Source: Planctomycetota bacterium
GTDB taxonomy: Bacteria; Planctomycetota; GCA-002687715; CAIWVZ01
Direction of reading: 5' to 3'
Length of the DNA stretch: 64,000 nucleotides
Assembly: GCA_044222185.1 (NCBI GenBank)
Contig: JBGANV010000012.1
Span: 1 to 64,000 of the forward strand
The translations under genes were made by a program, and so were the position numbers. Shown here piece by piece: positions 60,015-64,000 of this stretch. The notes below the pieces were generated by a model. It did no database searches, was not told where the DNA came from, and worked only from the letters and a program-made list of their open reading frames with translations. Each line of letters begins with the position of its first letter. The first letter of the stretch is position 1.

Positions 60015-63000
60015 ACTCGAGCGCGCGGATGCGCGCCCACAACGCGCGCCACGCGTCCGCCTCGGCCGGAGGCAGATGCTCGAGGCTCGCCGGCTCGCGC
60101 ACGGGGGCGAAGTCGGCGGCCCGCAGTGGCACGTCGCGATCGGTCCGGACGTCGGGCATGATGCCGTCCTCGCGGCGCACGGTCTCGGCCCAGACGTCGG
60201 TCTGAGCCGAGAGCCACGTCCGCGACGCATCCCGCCAGTGCGCGCGATCCGTCTCCGAAAGTGCAGCGGTCTCATCGCCGGGTCCGAATGCAGCCCGGAT
60301 CGCCACCATGGACGCGCGTCGATAGAACCGCGCGCCCGAAGTCGGATCAGGTTTCGCCTGGTGCAGCCGCGCCTCCCAAAGCCGCGCCTCGAGCACGGCC
60401 GCATCGCGACTTGCCGCATGGCGCAGGAGCGCATCCCACGCCGCGTCGTCGCTCGGCACGTCGATCCCGAGGAGAACTCGTTGGATCCGCCGCTCCGTCG
60501 CCGCACCTTCTCGGCACGCGAGTTTGAGGTCGCCCCAGGTGCGCCCGGCCTCCGGACACTTCCCTCCGGCGGCCTCGGCGCGATCGATGAGATCGAACGC
60601 TTCGTCGTACCGCCCGCGATGCCGCAACAGCTGAGCCAGGTTCGTGAGCGCCATGGCGTGCGCCGGCGCGAGCGCGAGCACGCGCCGATAGGCCTTCTCG
60701 CCCCCGAGGATGTCGCCACGTGTCACGAGGCGATTTCCATACGCGATGATCACGTTGACGTTGTCAGGCTCGAGTGCGACAGCCTCCTGGGACAAACGCA
60801 GGCCATCGCTCGACCGTCCCAGAGCGTCGAGCACCTGCGCAGCGGCCTCGCGCACCTCGGCATCCTTCGGGCATGCCGCCACGGCTGCCACGGCGCGCGG
60901 CTCGGCCTCGGCCGCGCGCCCCGCGCGCACGAGCAGCCGCAGAGCGTTCGATCGCGACAGCGTGTGCGTGGGAGCGACCCGGGCGCATTCGTCGAACTCC
61001 CGAAGCGCATCGTCGATGCGGCCCTGTGCGCTGAGAAGCGCGCCCAGGTTGTTGTGCGCGACCCCTGAGCGCGGATCGCAGGCGATGCCGCGCCGAAGAG
61101 CCGCCTCCTCGCCAGCTGCGTCCTTCGCCAGGCCGAGGATTTGCGCTCTCACGAACCAGGCGACGGCGATGTCCTGCCGTCGAGTGAGCACGGAGTCGAT
61201 GAGCCTGCGCGCGCGCTCGACGTCGTGCAGCCCGAACGAGACGCTGGCGAGGTTGACCTGGAACACGTCGTTGGACGGAGCCAGTACCACGGCCACCGAG
61301 AGGCAGTCGCGCGCCTCGAGCGCCTCGGCCTCCACCTCGGGATCGAGCCAGGACGACAGCCCCACGTTGGCCCAGACGTCGCCCGGATGATCTCGACGGA
61401 TGATCCGGAACAGGCGAACCGCCTCGGCGCGGCCCACCACCCGTCCGACGGCGTCGGCCAGCAGCTCCGCCGTCGCCGGGGGCAGGTCGACCAGATTCGA
61501 CGGATCGGCCAGCGTCGTCATCGCGACGACGTCGTTGGCGTGAAGAGCCCGGCGGATCGCCTGCCGCTTCGGATCCGGATCGAGGAGCTTGCCGATCTCG
61601 AGGAGCGTGTCGGACGACGGACCCGATGCGGTCTTCGCCCGATGCGCGGCAACGGCCCACCAGTCGAAAGCCGTCGCGATGGGTGCGCCGAGGTGTGGAC
61701 CATCGAGTCGCTTGGCGACCTCGGCCGGAGCCATCGTCGACACGTCGACGCCGAAGGCACGGAACGCCTCGTCGTACTCGTGGGCCTGTCGGGCCGGATC
61801 CTCCACCTGGGCACGAAGTGCGCGCACTTCCTCGAGACGCGCCGCGAGCACTCGTCCCCGCTCGTCACGGCGCGCGGCCTCTTCGGCGGCGGCGAGCGCG
61901 TCCCGAAGCGAGAGGACGGCGGACTGCGCGCGCAACTGGACGTCCTTTGGCGCGGCGGCGGCCGCGCCCACGCGCCCCGCCTCGTCTGCCGCGGCGAGTG
62001 CTTGCGCGAGCGTGGGCGCGCGCTCGGCCTCCGGCAACGAGAGGGCACGGTCCCGCAACCCGTTCGCGCGGCCGAGCGCGTCGAGGACGGCCGCCGCCGT
62101 TTCGCGCTCGCGGTCGGCGCGCGCCGAGGTGACCCACGAGTAGGCGGCCGCGGCGCCGGCGCACACGAGCACGGCCGCGGTGCCGAGCGCGAGCGTGAGC
62201 TTCCGCACGTGGCGCTCATGCCTGGCCGACGCCTCCGACGACGCAGCCTGGACGTGCGCGGCCTGCACCTGCGCTTCCAGCGAGGCGAGGTGATCAGCGA
62301 CTCCCTGGGCGACCATGGAAGCATCGTCCGGCCGCCTCCCGGGATCCTCCGAGAGACAGGCTCGGGTGAGCGCGACGAGTGCCGCGTCGGCCCCGCAAAC
62401 GTCCAGTCGCGCGTGGGCCTGACTCAAGTCGGCGCGCAACGCGAGCGCGTGGACCGTCCGCGGGTCCGTGCCGACGTAGGGGGGCTGACCCGTGAGGATC
62501 TCGCACAGGATCGCGCCGAGCGCGAACACGTCCGATCGGCGGTCCACTCGTTCCGCCTCACCGCGCGCCTGTTCGGGCGACATGTACGCGGGCGTTCCCA
62601 TCACCGTCCCGCCGAGCGAGTCGATGCCACCGTCGGCCCGGCGCACGGTGAAGATGCTCGATTCGTCGGCGGGTCGCGGGGCCAGCTCCCGACCGAGCAC
62701 CTTCGCGAGGCCCCAGTCCATGACGTGAACCTCACCGAACGATCCGACCATCACGTTGGACGGTTTCAGATCGCGGTGGATGACTCCGCGGGCGTGCGCG
62801 TAGGCGAGGGCTTCGCAGATCGACAGGAACGTGCGGAGGAATCGTTCACGACGGTCTTGCAGGGTCTCGCGCGTCGCGAGACGTTCCTTCAGCGTCTCGC
62901 CGCTGACGAGCTTCATCGTGAAGAAGCGAATCTCGTCGCGCGCAGTTTCCAGGTCGTGCACGGGCACGATGCCCGGGTGTTGGAGTTGGCCGGCGATCTG

Positions 63001-63351
63001 CGCCTCTTCGATGAAGCGTTGGATTCGCTCGGGAGTCGCGCGCAGATCGTCGCGCAGGGCCTTCAAGGCGACGGTGCGGCCCAGCCGCAGGTCGCGCGCT
63101 TCGTAGACGACCCCCATGCCTCCGCGGCCCAGCTCGCCCGCGATCTCGTAGCGGCCGTCGGGGCCGACGCGGCGGACCGATGGGTCGGCCGACGGCGGTG
63201 TCGTCGTCGGCGGCGTGGTCGCCGGCCGTCGCGATCGTGCCTCGTCCGGGTCGGTGACTGGCGTCTGCGCGGCATCCCGCCGCGTGAGCGCAGCTTCGAG
63301 GCCGGCGTCGAGCAGGTCGTCGAGCGGATCGCGCGGTTCGTCGGCGTTCAC
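60013..63351 (-). CDS. Ser/Thr protein kinase with TPR repeats
   Basis: [29 protein letters not shown] and [10 protein letters not shown], with TPR motifs AHNNLGALL and ALTNLAQLL. The GTG start overlaps the sigma stop (GTGA). Confidence 0.95.
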   Translation of the reverse strand: MNADEPRDPLDDLLDAGLEAALTRRDAAQTPVTDPDEARSRRPATTPPTTTPPSADPSVRRVGPDGRYEIAGELGRGGMGVVYEARDLRLGRTVALKALRDDLRATPERIQRFIEEAQIAGQLQHPGIVPVHDLETARDEIRFFTMKLVSGETLKERLATRETLQDRRERFLRTFLSICEALAYAHARGVIHRDLKPSNVMVGSFGEVHVMDWGLAKVLGRELAPRPADESSIFTVRRADGGIDSLGGTVMGTPAYMSPEQARGEAERVDRRSDVFALGAILCEILTGQPPYVGTDPRTVHALALRADLSQAHARLDVCGADAALVALTRACLSEDPGRRPDDASMVAQGVADHLASLEAQVQAAHVQAASSEASARHERHVRKLTLALGTAAVLVCAGAAAAYSWVTSARADRERETAAAVLDALGRANGLRDRALSLPEAERAPTLAQALAAADEAGRVGAAAAAPKDVQLRAQSAVLSLRDALAAAEEAARRDERGRVLAARLEEVRALRAQVEDPARQAHEYDEAFRAFGVDVSTMAPAEVAKRLDGPHLGAPIATAFDWWAVAAHRAKTASGPSSDTLLEIGKLLDPDPKRQAIRRALHANDVVAMTTLADPSNLVDLPPATAELLADAVGRVVGRAEAVRLFRIIRRDHPGDVWANVGLSSWLDPEVEAEALEARDCLSVAVVLAPSNDVFQVNLASVSFGLHDVERARRLIDSVLTRRQDIAVAWFVRAQILGLAKDAAGEEAALRRGIACDPRSGVAHNNLGALLSAQGRIDDALREFDECARVAPTHTLSRSNALRLLVRAGRAAEAEPRAVAAVAACPKDAEVREAAAQVLDALGRSSDGLRLSQEAVALEPDNVNVIIAYGNRLVTRGDILGGEKAYRRVLALAPAHAMALTNLAQLLRHRGRYDEAFDLIDRAEAAGGKCPEAGRTWGDLKLACREGAATERRIQRVLLGIDVPSDDAAWDALLRHAASRDAAVLEARLWEARLHQAKPDPTSGARFYRRASMVAIRAAFGPGDETAALSETDRAHWRDASRTWLSAQTDVWAETVRREDGIMPDVRTDRDVPLRAADFAPVREPASLEHLPPAEADAWRALWARIRALE

Positions 63352-64000
63352 GCGAGCGCCTCGAGAAGTCTCGCGCACTCCGTGTCCACGTCGGCGCTGG
63401 CGCCCGGTAGGTGGAAGCTCACGACGTCGCGGAGCGCGCGTTTGAATTCACGGCGGGCGGTCGCGTACTCCTGATGCAGTCTTGCGGCGTCCTCGTTCCA
63501 TCGCGCCGCGATCTCGCGAATCGGCAGGCCATCCTCGAATCGCAATCGCAGCAGTCGGGCGCGCTTCGCGGCGCCGGGGTCGGAGGCGGCGAACGTGTGT
63601 TCCTGCAGATCCCAGGCCTGTCTCATGATCGACTGCGCCCAGGCGCGGTCGAAGACGACGGCCAGGTCGCCGGAGTCCGCATCCGCGTGTGCGTCGCCGA
63701 AGGCCGTGTCGATGGCGACCTCTCGCTTGCGTGCCTTGCGCTGCTCGACGCGCGACGCGACGTTGCGCGTCACGCCGAAGAGAAAGGCTCGGAATCCGCC
63801 GGGCCGCCCCGGGTCGGCCTTCCCGAGCGCGCCGCCCTCGCGGAAACACTCCATGAAGACTTCCTGGATCGCGTCGTCGATGTCATGGGCCCGGTCGTTT
63901 CGCTTCCAGCGGGCCTCCAGGTAAGCGCGGACGACCGCGGCGTAACGTCGCACGAAGCGATCGCGCTCCTCGGGGATGCCTTCGGCGGCGCCCCGGATCG
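63348..64000 (-). CDS. ECF sigma-70 factor, 5' end beyond the window
   Basis: [37 protein letters not shown] and [16 protein letters not shown]; coupled to the kinase. Confidence 0.9.
   Translation of the reverse strand, partial: IRGAAEGIPEERDRFVRRYAAVVRAYLEARWKRNDRAHDIDDAIQEVFMECFREGGALGKADPGRPGGFRAFLFGVTRNVASRVEQRKARKREVAIDTAFGDAHADADSGDLAVVFDRAWAQSIMRQAWDLQEHTFAASDPGAAKRARLLRLRFEDGLPIREIAARWNEDAARLHQEYATARREFKRALRDVVSFHLPGASADVDTECARLLEALA

Overview
High-GC bacterial DNA, most likely Planctomycetota. This is inferred from the TIGR02999-type and kinase-coupled ECF sigma factors, an ECF-carboxypeptidase-regulatory-domain fusion, and Ser/Thr kinase-FGE and -TPR fusions. Bases 1 to about 9.3 kb are a mobile/accessory zone: a large serine recombinase running off the left edge, a frameshifted DUF4160-DUF2442 pair, nested IS remnants including a truncated IS21, and an SGNH hydrolase + carbamoyltransferase + SxtJ-like + DUF5989 module. 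The rest is dominated by large secreted proteins, ECF/kinase signalling genes, a DEAD-box helicase, small enzymes, a CPA2 antiporter and five clusters of a GGAG double-hairpin REP-like element. The main leads are as follows. (1) A candidate new selenoprotein at 52716-53942 (minus) reads GGC-UGA-GGG, has a SECIS-like hairpin and 52 more in-frame codons. (2) Eight otherwise unrelated secreted proteins appear to share a ~110-125 aa C-terminal domain, about 14 exported proteins start with Gln after the signal peptide, and a C25 peptidase lies among them; together this suggests an undescribed protein-sorting system. (3) The REP family conserves structure while its sequence varies. (4) One long gene is split by a single in-frame TAG. 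All calls come from reading motifs by eye; no database searches were run.
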